DNA of 64,000 nucleotides, taken from assembly GCA_049724395.1 (NCBI GenBank), contig JAUGWO010000112.1, positions 372,001 through 436,000 of the forward strand, written 5' to 3'. Shown piece after piece: positions 26,326 to 39,087 of the stretch (positions are counted from its first letter, which is position 1; the number at the start of each line of letters is the position of its first letter). This stretch comes from Spongospora subterranea f. sp. subterranea. Taxonomy: Eukaryota. The translations under genes were made by a program, and so were the position numbers. Below the pieces are notes generated by a model. The model had not been told where the DNA came from. It saw only the letters and a list, made by a program, of their open reading frames with translations, and ran no database searches.

Positions 26326-27480
26326 CTAGGAGTATCCCAGCTGATCTCTGCTATGGGACGTGGTAATCCCGAGGGAATCGTTGCTGATGCGTTTCCGTAT
26401 CGATTCGCATGGAAATTGAGTCGGATTTTTCGATTGTTCATACGCCATAGGAGGGAAGACGTAAAACGCGCTCAAATTCAAACGCGGAATATATCGATTA
26501 AAAAGATGATCGACGGCCATGAAATCGTCGACTATGGAACCCTCTTCCAGGATTCGAACTGCCGCATTTTTAGAGAGCATTACAGCATTGAAACAACGGC
26601 TAGCATCGGCAAGGTAGAGGTTTTCGGTCACATTTTTGTTGGTGCGAATTTTGTGACAAGTTCCAAGAAACACCACCTTAACGAAACGGATTCAGCGGAT
26701 TCTAGGCAGCGGTAAATCGCATAGCAATCTTACATCCCAAAGCGGGTTGATAGTCGACAATTGGCTTTGAAGTGATGACAGTTTACTATTGAAATTTGGT
26801 ACAACGAAGACGTCGTCCTCGATAACCAGAATACCGTCCGGGAACGTTCCATTGACGAGGTTTTCGAAAACTGTCCATTGATTCAATGTGCTTAATAAAT
26901 ATCCCTTTTCTTTCCCGGAAAACACGCTGCTGAACTGCTGGAAATCCTGCAGCCGCTCTGCGTTTCGAAACAGGTATCGCGATAAATACTTTCGGTTTTC
27001 GTATGCCATTTCTAAAGACGGATATGAAATACGGGCTACATTTTCCGCTTTGATTTTTTTCAACAAAAGATTCCCTTGGTTCAAACGTGCGCCATAAGAC
27101 AGAGCAACAAACGGCATGGGTCTCCTGATTGAATGCGGGAAATATTGGTTTGGTTCAGAAAACTCTTCTAGAGACAACTGATTCCACATCTCTTGTCCGA
27201 TCAAAACAGCGGTGAACTCATCAGCGGATTGAATTTTGTCAATGATATTATTGCTTTCTAGGATGCGCTCATCAATGTCATGACCACAGTCTCTGGCAGA
27301 TTGCTGTACAAGCCTGTCCATAACCGTTGGGTAATGCTGCTCCTCAAAGACCGCGACCTTTGCAGCGCCCCAGAGATATTCATTGGGCATAAGGAAGCAG
27401 AAGACAATGAACGCAGAAGATACCAGCGTCAAAATTAGCACCAGATTCCTGAATTTGTAAGGGTTTCTTCTCCTTTCCAT
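26326..27480 (-). CDS. Glycosyltransferase family 25-like, type II membrane protein
   Basis: TM helix; EKGYLLS, ILVIEDD, WD|VFLG, AVMLSKNAAVRIL, AVDHLF, PPMAYEQ. Confidence 0.78.
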
Positions 27481-28399
27481 GATTAGATCCCAAGCGATAT
27501 TGTTTGTTTTAGAAGTGGCGCCAACTTCATACACCTCACCACACCATACCTACTTCTTTATTCGCCCCTTTATTGTGACTGAACCAATTCTCTCAAATAA
27601 TCTACTGCATGAACAACGACTCTAGGTCGCAACCCCTAAGGATTGGCCTTCTGGAGTTCATCGTCTGGTTCAGAAACACAACTTATCGTCTAAATCAAGC
27701 GTGTCTTGAAAGGTTGGGTTTTACTGGTGGCGCAGTGTAAGGGGAGGGCAAAATGCAGAACGTGACTCGCTCGATGTAGTTCTTCCCAGTTAGGTCGCTT
27801 CATGCCTTTGCAAAGTCGTCTTGTTGTAGCTTCCGCAACAAGCTCTACGCAAAACCATAGGCACCCTGGTCACTCTTTTTGAAAGAACTCAGTTTCCGGT
27901 TTTCCCATGAACGAATATTTTGTTTTCAAGTAATCCATGACAAGAAATTAGAGTTTTTTTCACAAGTTTTACCCAAATCTTGTTGTACGATAAGGTAATT
28001 GATCAACTCTCTACAGGATTTGCAACGAAACCACGATATCCGATCTTGACCTCACGTTGATTCGACAATGAGACTAGAGATTTATGCGTTATTCGAGAAC
28101 CTGTTGGCTCTATTCGCTTTATCACCTATCAGAAGCCGATTAACATCTATCAATATCTACCAAGCTTTAGCCTCCATAACCCATCTGTTATTAAAGGCGT
28201 TGTTTGGTTTAGTCTTTTTTCTGGTGTTGGCAGAAATGAGTTTCTTAACAGTGGCTTCCAGAGAATGTTGTATCAGGATGAGTGCTGTATTACGAGCAGC
28301 TTTAGCTTGAGCTCGTTGTTCTTCTTTTAGCGCTTTATTCTTCGCATGAGTTAATCTTCGAAGAGCGAACTGAAGGATGAAGAATCTGTCACGGTGGTA

Positions 28400-28620
28400 C
28401 CCAGTTAGAGAGAGGCAGTTTGAGTTTAGGATTATATGGTTCTGCAGGTTCTCTCGGTTGATTGTTTTTTCAAAAAGTCTTGAGTTTTGATGTGCTTGAT
28501 AAGCAGGGCAAGGGCATCTTTACAGACATTAGCGGGTGGAGGTTTGGGCTTTGGACAGAATTTGATTCCAAGACCTAAAACTTTGAAATCGGATGAATTG
28601 GAAAAAGGGACAATTTTTTC
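28400..28620 (-). mobile_element. Penelope-like element N-terminal remnant
   Basis: FKVLGLGIKFCPKP, then (frameshift) YNPKLKLPLSNWVPP; degenerate sequence continues toward ~27600. Confidence 0.55.
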
Positions 28621-28936
28621 ATGTAGTCAACTCTAGATAATCTGCTAAATCTGACGAGAGAAAGGTGAACGGGAGTCTGAGTCTATTCATTTTCCCCATT
28701 CCCCCTTTCAGCTTCCAGTTCCAGTTTCCATCAAATTTGCGGCCACGAGATGTCAATAGTTCTCCACTAATAAAGGCCAGGCATTGCGAGATTTGGGGTA
28801 CAGGGACAGGTCCAGGCGGCGGGCGGTCGGCGGTCATAAGGTATGTATAGTCACAGGTTAGGATTGGGTGGTCCTCTGTGGTACTGGTTACGTTGTACTG
28901 TAGAGCGAATACGGTATCTTGATTATTATCCGCCAT
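28619..28936 (-). CDS. Small ORF of unknown function (105 aa)
   Basis: ATG-started ORF divergent from F-box gene, TATATATA in the 36-bp gap. Confidence 0.3.
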   Translation of the reverse strand: MADNNQDTVFALQYNVTSTTEDHPILTCDYTYLMTADRPPPGPVPVPQISQCLAFISGELLTSRGRKFDGNWNWKLKGGMGKMNRLRLPFTFLSSDLADYLELTT

Positions 28937-28972
28937 ATGATGTGTGGGTTATATATATAGGTCGACCAACCA

Positions 28973-30596
28973 ATGATTATAGATAACTTTATAGATCAAA
29001 TAAGCCAGTTTCTAGCGACTATTGATGTCTGTAATCTGTTATTAGTCTGTTCGGCATGGATGCAGGTTCTGGATGTGCCACATGTCTGGAAATATCAATT
29101 ATCACAACGTGATTCTTCTCGCCTTGCATTCCCATCAGCAGTACCGATGTCGCATTTGACATCGTCGCAGTTGCGTGTACTACTGAAGTGCATGCGAACT
29201 TTATCAGCACCAGAAATGTCTTACAACGTTATTGATCAAGGAGTGTATCAATCTTCTAGCGATGATTTTTCTCAAGGACTCGATAAAACTCTAGACAATA
29301 GGAAGAGCACATTTTGGTCATCAACCGGAAGTGAAAACCAGAACTCATCAGACCTTCTTGTTTATCGATTGATAAATGGCCTTTGTATAATCAAACGTAT
29401 ATCAATCACTCCTTTTCGGGCATTTTATCAACGAGTACAAATTAACATTGTTGGTTGTAATAATGCCCGTTCATTGTTTTCTAGGGTATGCGCTGCTACA
29501 GCCCCATGGAGGCCCGGGTTGTCATTCGTATATCTGAAAATGATGAATCTAGTACAACATTCTCGAGTCCATGGTGTCAGATCACCAATCGTGATGGTAA
29601 TACGTGTTTATATGTCGTTGCAAATGCATATCAATGCTCAATACAGAGCCGTTTGAATTCCCACTGGGTGAGGTGACTGTCTTTGGTGAATGGTTGCGTG
29701 TTGAACTTCGTGGTCGATGGTCTAAGCAAAGTTCAGATAATTTATATTATGTATGCCTTCGTAATGTATCTGCATTTGGCGTCCCAATTGCTGTTGCCCC
29801 TGATAACATGGTCGTTCAAGTATTGTACGACTATATCAGTGGAAAAGGCTTTTCAAGCTTGTCGTTTCTTGAGTTTTGCCGAAAAACCCATTATAACATG
29901 GAAAAGGTCACGAATATGATCGACCGTGGTCGCGAACGAGTCAAAGTCATTGCAACTTGTGATCGACTGATTCAAGAGTCAAATGTGATGTTATTAATTC
30001 CAGAGGCATCTCAACTAAGAGACACTAACGAAATTCGTGACCATGTCGTCAACGCGTTGAATGAACATGGAGGAACTGAAGACGTCATGCAGTATCTCGC
30101 TGTTATGTATCACTTTTTGGATGTTAAATTTACTGAAGAAGAATCATACTTCCTGGCAACAGCATTGATTAAGGTGGATGAGATGATATTTTTTCATGAC
30201 TTGGTCAGCAAATTCCGGATCACGTTTTCAGAAAGATTAGGTGATATATTTCTAACTTCTGAAAAATATTATGAGGCAATGGTGTGCTATTGTGGTGCTG
30301 TGATACCGGATAAGGTTGTTAATCATCATAATTTCATATGTGCATTAGCTCAATCTGGATCTTAGATTTTATCGACCTGCGCTTTACTCTGTAGTCAACC
30401 TGATAATCTGACGACACTGGATGTGTTGATAAGGGCGTGTGATGATAAGCCGGTTGTTGTCGCTGAAATGGCTGCCATTCTTCAAAGAAAACATCATCCA
30501 TATATCTGCTGCCTTTTCATCATGAAAGCGGTTGAACAATTATATATAGATTTGGCGGCAGCGTCTGGATATTCTCGGTGTACGATTTGCATCTAA
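28973..30596 (+). CDS. F-box protein with galactose-binding-like domain and clathrin heavy-chain linker-like C-terminus
   Basis: F-box FLATIDVCNLLLVCSAW; SSSDD...TLD...FWSSTGS...LVYRL...PFRAFYQ; QYL...ES...FSERLGD...IPDKV. Confidence 0.8.
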
Positions 30597-31286
30597 ACAA
30601 GACCTGGATGAGCTCGTCAATTCTCAAAACCTTCTTTTTACTTCATCTGCCACTTCCTCCTTAGAAACCATTAATTTTAGTATATCATTTTGAAATTAAC
30701 TGATAAAGCGCCTGTTATTTAATTGTAGTGGACAATCAAAATATGTTAAAATAAATTGTCATCTATCAGAATGGGGCGTAATACAACAGCCGGTTTCCCG
30801 AAACCGTAACTGCAATGATCGATTGTAAGTACCTGAAGAAAATTGACCAGAAGGCGGCAGCGTTTCTTTTATACTGGCCGCTGGTTTTTTACAAAACATT
30901 TTCGACAATTGCAATCCGCTGCAGTTGATAAAGTTAGGCAGGGTGTTGTGTGGCCACAACTGTCTCCGGGCAGTGAGACCAGACCTGGGTCATTGCTTGG
31001 AGTCGGCCGTTTGTTCAGTGCGAGCTCTGGGCGATCGCGGCCATTGTCGATATCGAGACGAGAGGGTTGGCAAGAGAGGGCGAGAGGAGCGGCCTTCATC
31101 CACGCATTATTTACACCACATTTGGAGTTCGGCTGTCAAAGTAGCTGGCAATCAGTGCATCATCTGATTGTCGGACTAGTGCAGCAAAATCAACAATACG
31201 AGAATCAACGCGCTCGGGGCGTTCATTCTTAGGCTTGTCGGCAGGGCAAGCTAAGCCAGTGAACTTAACTTGACCCAGTAGCAGTG

Positions 31287-32836
31287 ATGGTGGTTCCCGC
31301 CGCAAAAGCGAATGCTAAATTCAAACCAGCTCGGCTGAAATGCAGTCGTTTGAAAATCGGCACTTGGTCTTTTACGGCTGCGCCCTCCAACGATCGTATG
31401 GCCTTCGAAGCGAAGTTTTTATTTTCCAGGTTGTTATCAATGTCGAAATTGCGGTGATCGCCTTGGACTAACTTATCTTGACAGGAAACGCCTGGTTTGG
31501 GAATGGAAAATTGGGACCAATTCGAAGAAGAAGATTGATATTCCTTTTGCCAGCGTTGATCAAATGTGTTAGTGTATTTAAGAGTAACTCCAAATATTTG
31601 AGTTTCACGTTGTGAGACAGATGGGGAGAATGTCAGCAACAATCAGTGCAGACTCATTGTTGTCGTCACAAACACGCCGAACTTTTCATCTGGAGTGATT
31701 GCCAACAATCAGGCCACCAAATGGGGGGCGTGTGAAGATTTTACTGATGGGCAAGCACTAAAGAGCGCATTGCATGAGCTGGATCTTCCTGTAGACATCA
31801 AGGCGCTTAACACTGTTTTGGCAACCCTCGGGGACTTTGACCCTAAGTACCAAGCTTAGCCAGAGTTTTGCAACTTATGGCTTATTACTTTACCATCAGT
31901 TTTAGGGAGATGTTTGCTCGTCGATCGCAGCTTGTGAAACAAACCCAAGCTGCCCCCGTGTCGCTCGAGCCGTTAAACAAGAAACCACGCCCATCTGCTG
32001 AGATGTTTGCTCATGCTGTGGGTCAAGCTCAGGCTCATTCAGAACGCAATTCCATCGCACATGTCGAGCGAAAACCGGTTTTGTCAACAAGTGGTTGCAC
32101 GTGTGTTGGTATTTGTGAGGCATTTACCTGCTCGTGCTCGTTGTCACTACGAAAATGCAATCCTCAGACATGTGTCTGCCTTCGTGCATGTTGTCAAAAC
32201 CCCTTCTCAATCATGGCAGCTAAAGGGTTAAATCTTGATCGCTTACCTGCCCATCAGTGCTTGAACGACAATATATCTCTTCATCCAGAGCGACAGTCTC
32301 ATCGTCGGCTGTTCAGTCGGATAACGCTCCCCTGTTGTAAAGCTGAAACTCTGCTGGTCCACTCCTTAGCATTAGGATCAAAGTGTGCATGCGGTGCTAC
32401 TTGGGATTTTTCGTTTTGTGAAGGAAAACCGGTTGATTTTGGCGGCATTTCCGAGACATTCCATTGTTCGAAATGCAAACGCTGTCAAAGCATTGATTCC
32501 AAACATTGCGATATATGTGGAGTGTGTTCATCAACAGAAAGCCCTTGCCCATGTGCCAAGTTGAAAATCCCATCGCCGGTTGTGCAGTGTTCGTCAGGCA
32601 ATGGGTTCCAAGAGAATGGTCATCATCCATGCGGGTTTTCCCCATCGGACATTCAACCATCTGAAAGTCCCGATTCCGATGCGTCCCTAGCTTCAACAAT
32701 GAGCCCACCCAAACGCAAAACCCCTGATGATTCTCTGGCTGGGCAGTCGCATTGGTCCAGAGCATTTCTTGGCCTTGGTCAAGATCGGCAGTTTCATCGT
32801 GAGCTTCAGCAGATGGTTCAAGACTTATATCGCTAG
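31287..32836 (+). CDS. TRF2/HOY1-type PH-like domain + CXC cysteine cluster + zinc-finger protein
   Basis: Spliced LKIGTWSF, FEAKFLFS|RKRLVWEW, KKIDIPF, WGACEDFTDGQA; then GCTCVGIC...CSC...CNPQTCVC...CQNPF and HCSKCKRC...HCDICGVC. Confidence 0.72.
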
Positions 32837-33173
32837 CAATTTAGACTTATATTTATGCACATAGACAACATAGATTTGCCAAACAATCTGCAAGAAACTG
32901 GCCTAATTTTGTGGAATAAATTGAATAATATTGGTCATTTCTGAATTGTTTTTGATAAAGTTTGAGAAATACTATAGGGAGAGCGATGGGATTTGGCGAT
33001 TAATGTGCGGAGTTAACAGATAGAGAGAGAGAGGGGAGAGAGAACCACCACAGCAGAATAGCGATAAGAGAGAGGAGGGAGATTAACACGGGGAACAGGA
33101 GATCACCCTATTGTCGGATTGCACCACAACATTCCATCATCTCCTTCAGTGAACCCATTGTTACCCCCAGATC

Positions 33174-34004
33174 ATGTTCAAAAAGTATGATAATCACTTG
33201 GGCTGAATGTCGAAAGCGCCATGGCTGTTGTTGATTGCTATGCTATTAGGTTCTCTAGATCAGAAGATATCGGATCGTATTCCAAAGTCAAAACATCTGA
33301 TCAAAGGAAGATTAGGAAGTGTATTTCCGAGAACTATCCCAATGAAGATCCCAGTTTTGATCTAATATTCAAGAAGAAAAGCCCCATGAATTTGGCAAAA
33401 TGGTAAATTGGCGACAACTCTTTATCAATGCATTTATTTTTTTTATTTCATAGCCATAATCATGTCCAGTTAATCGCATGTGAGAACAACCAGGTTTGGT
33501 TTTTTTCATTCCGGAAGGGTGAATTTATCCCGACTCTTCGTACGCTCCACAAATGTCAGTAAACATCCTATGGTCTTCCGTTCGGCATATTCATATTTAG
33601 AATTATAGTCCCGAAAATGCTGCCCATTGTTCAAGTTGATCGCGGGGCTATCAAGTTTGTACTGGGAGGTGCAAATATAATGTGCCCTGGGTTGACGTCA
33701 GCTGGTGGACGAATGGACACTCCAATAGAGAATGACACCGTTTGCGTTAGTCTCATTAGCCATAACGTTTTGAGAGAAACTGATGTACTCGATTATCCAG
33801 GCGATATATGCAGAAGACAAAGAACACGCACTTGCAATTGGCGTCACAAAAATGTCTACTGATGCGATGTAAGTGACGAGTTGTTAAACGACACAATTGC
33901 TTATAACTATTTTTGTGTCATTTAGCCGATCGGAGAATAAGGGAATCGGTATTGAAGTGATTCATTACCTAAATGACGGTTTATGGGCAATGCCCATCTT
34001 ATAA
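33174..34004 (+). CDS. MCTS1: MCT-1/Tma20 PUA-domain translation factor
   Basis: [48 protein letters not shown]. Confidence 0.96.
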
Positions 34005-34189
34005 GTATAATTTCGCACCATCAATGTTTTCAATATATTGATTATATCTCATTCATTTTGATTTGCCCTTCTCCTTGACTACTTCCATCTTCACCCACTC
34101 GATATTCCAGATATCTATTATAGTGTGTTGCTCGTGCCCGATCAGGATGACATTCCATGTTCGATAACAGGTTGTGAATATCTAGACCA

Positions 34190-36554
34190 ATGGGCAAAGA
34201 AGTCGTCAATACCTCAATTCGAGTCGTATGTCGGTTCCGTCCCCGCAATAATCTTGAAATCGAACAAGATGCTGAAAATGTGATCGATGTTATCGATGAT
34301 AAAATTGCCAGTATACAGCATCCAGGGCAGAAAGCGTATAGGTTCGATTTCGACCATGTATTCGATGAGTATTGTAGCCAGGCGGATATATTCAAGAAGA
34401 CGGCTGAACCAATGGTTTACGAAATATTACAGGGATACAACTCGACAATATTCGCATGTAAGAAGAGGGCGTGTGATTGAGGGATCAGCGAACCCGGGTT
34501 ACTCATTGGGCCGATCCGATACAGATGGGCAAACCGGCAGCGGGAAGACGTTCACCATGGCCGGGGATCGTGATAATCAAGGGCTGATCCCTCGAACGGT
34601 GCAACAGTTGTTTGATGGGATCGCTGGATCCGCCAGCAATATCGAGTTCACGATCAAGGCGTCATATCTAGAGATATATCTGGAGAAGGTAAATTGGAGA
34701 ATGCCAGGTAGAGGTGCTGCTATGAACACATCGCGATCCCCTGAACAATATAGGTTCGCGACCTATTGGATACGAACAGGGAGAATCTGAGGATCAGAGA
34801 AAGCCCATCTGGAATGCTGGTTGAAGGAGCAACCGAGATATATGTCGCATCCCCAGCTGAAGTGATGCAGGTTATGGAATTCGGTGCCTCTAATCGGGTC
34901 ATCGCATCGACCAGAATGAATCTAGAGTCGTCCAGAAGCCATTCAATATTCATCATGACCGTTCATCAACTAGATACGATCACGAAATCTAAAAAAAACT
35001 CGAAGTTATTGCTGGTTGATTTAGCAGGTAGTGAAAAGGTTGAGAAGACAGAGGCGTCTGGAACCGCTCTGAAAGAGGCACAAAACATCAACAAGTCATT
35101 ATCAGCCCTTGGCAATGTGATCAATGCCTTAGCTACGAATTCGGCCCATGTTCCATATAGGTAATATTTATATAACGTCTCTCATATCAATCGTTCAACA
35201 TCTCATCAAATCTACGAACAGAGACTCAAAATTGACAAAACTGCTTCGTGATAGTATTGGAGGCAATTCACTATGCTGTCTGATCATATGTTGTTCACCA
35301 AGCGTCTATAATGTTGTTGAGACAATCACGACCTGCCGATTCGGTCAGCGAGCGAAACTCATTCACAACAAGGCCGAGATCAATTCGGAAAAGTCGCTGG
35401 CTGAGTACAAGGCGTTGCTGGCCGAGGCAGAGAAGACAATTCAACAACAAACGGAAATCATCGAAATGTTGGAGAAGGGTCCGACTCTCCCAGGAAGTCA
35501 TATTGACCCAGAGGATGCGGTTGAAATCGGAGACGATGTATTTTTTGAGCCTTTACCAACGGTGACTCCAGCGCGATTGGAGATGCAATCGTCGCAGCGC
35601 CATTCAGTCGCGGCTGGGTCTGCGATTGTGGAACTACAAGATCAGTTGAGTAAGATTGAGAAGAAACTGGTAATCAGCCAGGATGAGGTTGAGGGATATC
35701 GGGATCGGCTATCGGATAAACAATCGGAGATCGCCATTCACCTACAGACGATCGAGAATTTGAACCTGAAACAACAGCAGTTAAAATCTGATCACATCGC
35801 AGATCAAGTCATCTTGAAGAAGATATCGGATGAAGCCGCCACCTTGTCGTCGCAAGCTGTGAAACTACAGATAGAGGTTGAGGAACAGAGAATGAGGGCA
35901 GAGAAGGCAGAGATGGAAGCGCAAAGAATAGAGAAGGAGCAAACCACGCGATTAGAAGGGCTGGGGACGTGGACCAAAGAATATGAACCACAGCCTAATA
36001 TCGATCCATCGTTGCCACCGAAACTGCAGATTGAATCCATATCCAGACAATACGCGAAACTGTTCTTCGAGCTGACCAATACGGTCGAGAAGCTGATCCA
36101 GTTGCAGGAATCGTACTCGGATCTGGAAGAGGAGCTGAAGGCGCATCGATCGTATAACGATAAGGGATACCTTGATGACGACTCCGTTAGAATACTATCG
36201 AAACGGGCCTTTGCTGAGACGCAAGCCGCTAGATTACGGGTTGAGAATGGGAGATTACAGAGGATTGAGCAAGGCCAAGCGCGATTATTGGATTCTTGGA
36301 AGCAACATATGACACAAATGGAGGGGGCTGTTGAAACAATATTAAAACTCAGCAGACGACGTCAGGAACAGAACGATATGATTACGGAAGCGCTGAAGAA
36401 AGAGGTTGAAGCATATAAATCCATGGCGTTGAGAAAAGTCGAGTCGCACGTTGGTGCGCCACAACTGCACGTTCATAAGCCACTTCATGGGGGTAAACCA
36501 CAGCTCAAACATATCGCACAAGATGACAATAGTGTGAAAATTGAAGACTTATGA
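34190..36554 (+). CDS. Kinesin-1 heavy chain-like motor
   Basis: IRVVCRFRP, GQTGSGKTFTM, SSRSH, LVDLAGSEKV, HVPYR|DSKLT; coiled coil; IAK-like tail VHKPLHGG. Confidence 0.93.
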
Positions 36555-36628
36555 CCATAATGTGATCTAGATTAATATATCATGCAATTGTATTACAGGA
36601 TGAAGAACCGTTGATTGCGTGTAGTTTC

Positions 36629-38215
36629 TCAGAAATAAACCCTTATACTGCCGGCGATGGACATTTCTTGGAATTGATACCCTGACGATTGAGCATAAGC
36701 CAATACTGCTGGACGAACCTTTCCAACACCGGAATACGAATGGCGACCAACACCCGTGATCACATCCAAATAACGCCCTGATCGAGACCCAGTTTGGCTC
36801 CTACCAAACTCAGCACATAACTGCGATAACAACCTGTGGATTCGGTCAACGGCTTCGGTAGCATGCAATCCATGAACATCAACGACGTGACCTTGAAGAA
36901 AAACAAAAATTAGAATGAAATATATCCAGTTACTGAAGGATGAATTGTACCCAGTCCTTTGGCGACCTCAAGGTTCTCGTTTCGCGCATCGAATATCTGC
37001 CCAGATGCTTGTTGATGTAATAATTCCATCTGATTATGGTGGTATCTTCCTTTTTGTGATAATTCTTTGGCTAACGCGCCATCTCCTGTTAGATTTCACC
37101 ATTAAACACTAGCGAAACCATGACAAAAAGGTTGACGACACAATAGAACCTCTGAGAAATGCCGCTGTGGCATTAGTGAAATATGAATTACGGCGCCGGG
37201 CATGGTCCATTGCGGCGTCTCTTGATTCAAAATATACAGACGATATGGCATCCCCAGTTGTCACAATCGGCGTCGATACTGATAATCGCTCCTAAGACAG
37301 TGAACTTTAAGTAAAGTATGATGCTTGGCGGTGAAATACCAATAAACCTCTGGGCCATTTTGTTTGTGTCGATATAATGGAGGCGCCTTGATTGGCGCCG
37401 CCCCCATGGTTTTTACCTCTTTCGATGGAGGACCGAATCGCTCCCTGAGCACCTTTTCAGCGACTGATGCAAGATTTTTCCCATGAGTTCTAAGCAATCG
37501 TTCATTTATTGCTCTGACGCAGGGTGATATGATATACCTGAAATAATCCTCGACAAGTTGCGGATTTACATGCGCCCATTGTGCTTGAAGCGATTCCAAC
37601 TTCATCTTGGCGACCAGATCGAATGGAGCTGGATGGATTGGGGGATGAGGATGCGAAGGAGATATCACCCTAGATAATGATGGAGATATGGGAATGGGAG
37701 ATGGATCAGCCGACACCGTCGTCACATTATCTAGTTCATGAAGGAAGCTGCAATCAGATCCACGAGCACAATGGCCACGAAGATAGAAGCGGCATATTGC
37801 AGACCGATCAGTCTTTGAATGAAGGAATTGGCAATTGGCGATTAAACAATGGCCATTCAAAAAATATTTACAGACTGGTGTAGAATTGACGATGGATTTA
37901 GGGTCATCTTGTTTTGAACCAGACTCAGACAAATTTGAGGAAGGAGATGGGGTTGGAGTTGATAAAGCAGCCAGAAGGCGCTCAACACAAATCATAAGAT
38001 CGTTGTCATGAGCAATTAGGAAAGCCTGAAGACTTAGAGAAGGTAAACAAGGAGAAGGCGGGGAATGGAATGGGGATAATATCTCACCTTGATGGGTGTA
38101 ATTCAGGGAATATATTCACCAATAACGACAACTGGTTGGGAATACCTTGGACAGGTGATTCATGGGCCGATGATGATATGGATGGATCGAACGCAGGCGC
38201 ATTGGGGTTCATCAT
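36629..38215 (-). CDS. PAM2-CUE-like-CCCH(x2)-DUF1771-Smr protein
   Basis: MNPNAPAFDP (PAM2), LVNIFPE, CKYFLNGHC and CRFYLRGHC fingers, VDVHGLHATEA, VITGVGRHS. Confidence 0.85.
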
Positions 38216-38251
38216 GACATATCTGTTTATGATATGAGAGCGCGCGGTCCA

Positions 38252-38386
38252 GGGAGACAGATGACCGCCAGATCACCGCCTTCAGAGAGTGATTCGGTCT
38301 CCCAGACAAACCACCGCCGTTATAATCAGAGAGTGGTTTAATCTCTTGTGCGACAGATCACCGCTCTTATTAGAGTGTGGTTCGGA
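38252..38386. repeat. Three degenerate ~45-bp dyad-symmetric repeats upstream of the Smr gene
   Basis: CAGATCACCGC...AGAGAGTGATTCGG / CAAACCACCGC...AGAGAGTGGTTT / CAGATCACCGC...AGAGTGTGGTTCGG. Confidence 0.7.
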
Positions 38387-39087
38387 CTTCACCTCATTAA
38401 TGGGATTATATCGATAGTGTGTCAGATGAAATTGATTTTTAACGGGTTGGGATTGCCAATCGGCGTCTCGAATAACAAACAGATGGGCATTATGGGAAAT
38501 TACATATTTGAACCGATAAAGACAACCGGATATATTTAACCAGTCGATGTTTATATCAGTCTATTTTATACATCAAAAGATTACTGAGGATTGTGATGTA
38601 CTTTGTTCTGTTTAAGGGATTTATTGCACAGTCTTTCATTGATCATTTGACAGTATTGTCTGGATTTACAGACCTTAATCAGAATTCAGCCAAACACCAA
38701 ATAAGGAATTCGCGATTATCTAGGAGAATTGAATGTTCATGGGATTATCCAAATAATATGACCATCATTGTTTCAGAATTATGCCGTTTTATTGAAATCA
38801 ATGAAACTGATTGAAATGGGGTATCGTCCTGTGATTATAACCAGCAATACTCATATAGGCTAACAAGGGAATCAATATCGATAGAATTGGCAATATAATT
38901 CTGCTATCAGTTTCAGATCTGTTCAGTATCAGGTGTCTGATCAAATCACAATAAAGTACCTTTTCGGTTCAATTTGGTGAATTAATATTGACGGAGTGAT
39001 ATTTATTCCCCCCGGCGGTATTGGTTTATCCACAAACCTGGCGAATATTGGGAGAGCGGTCAAGGGAATCATCAGGAACCGTTGAGG

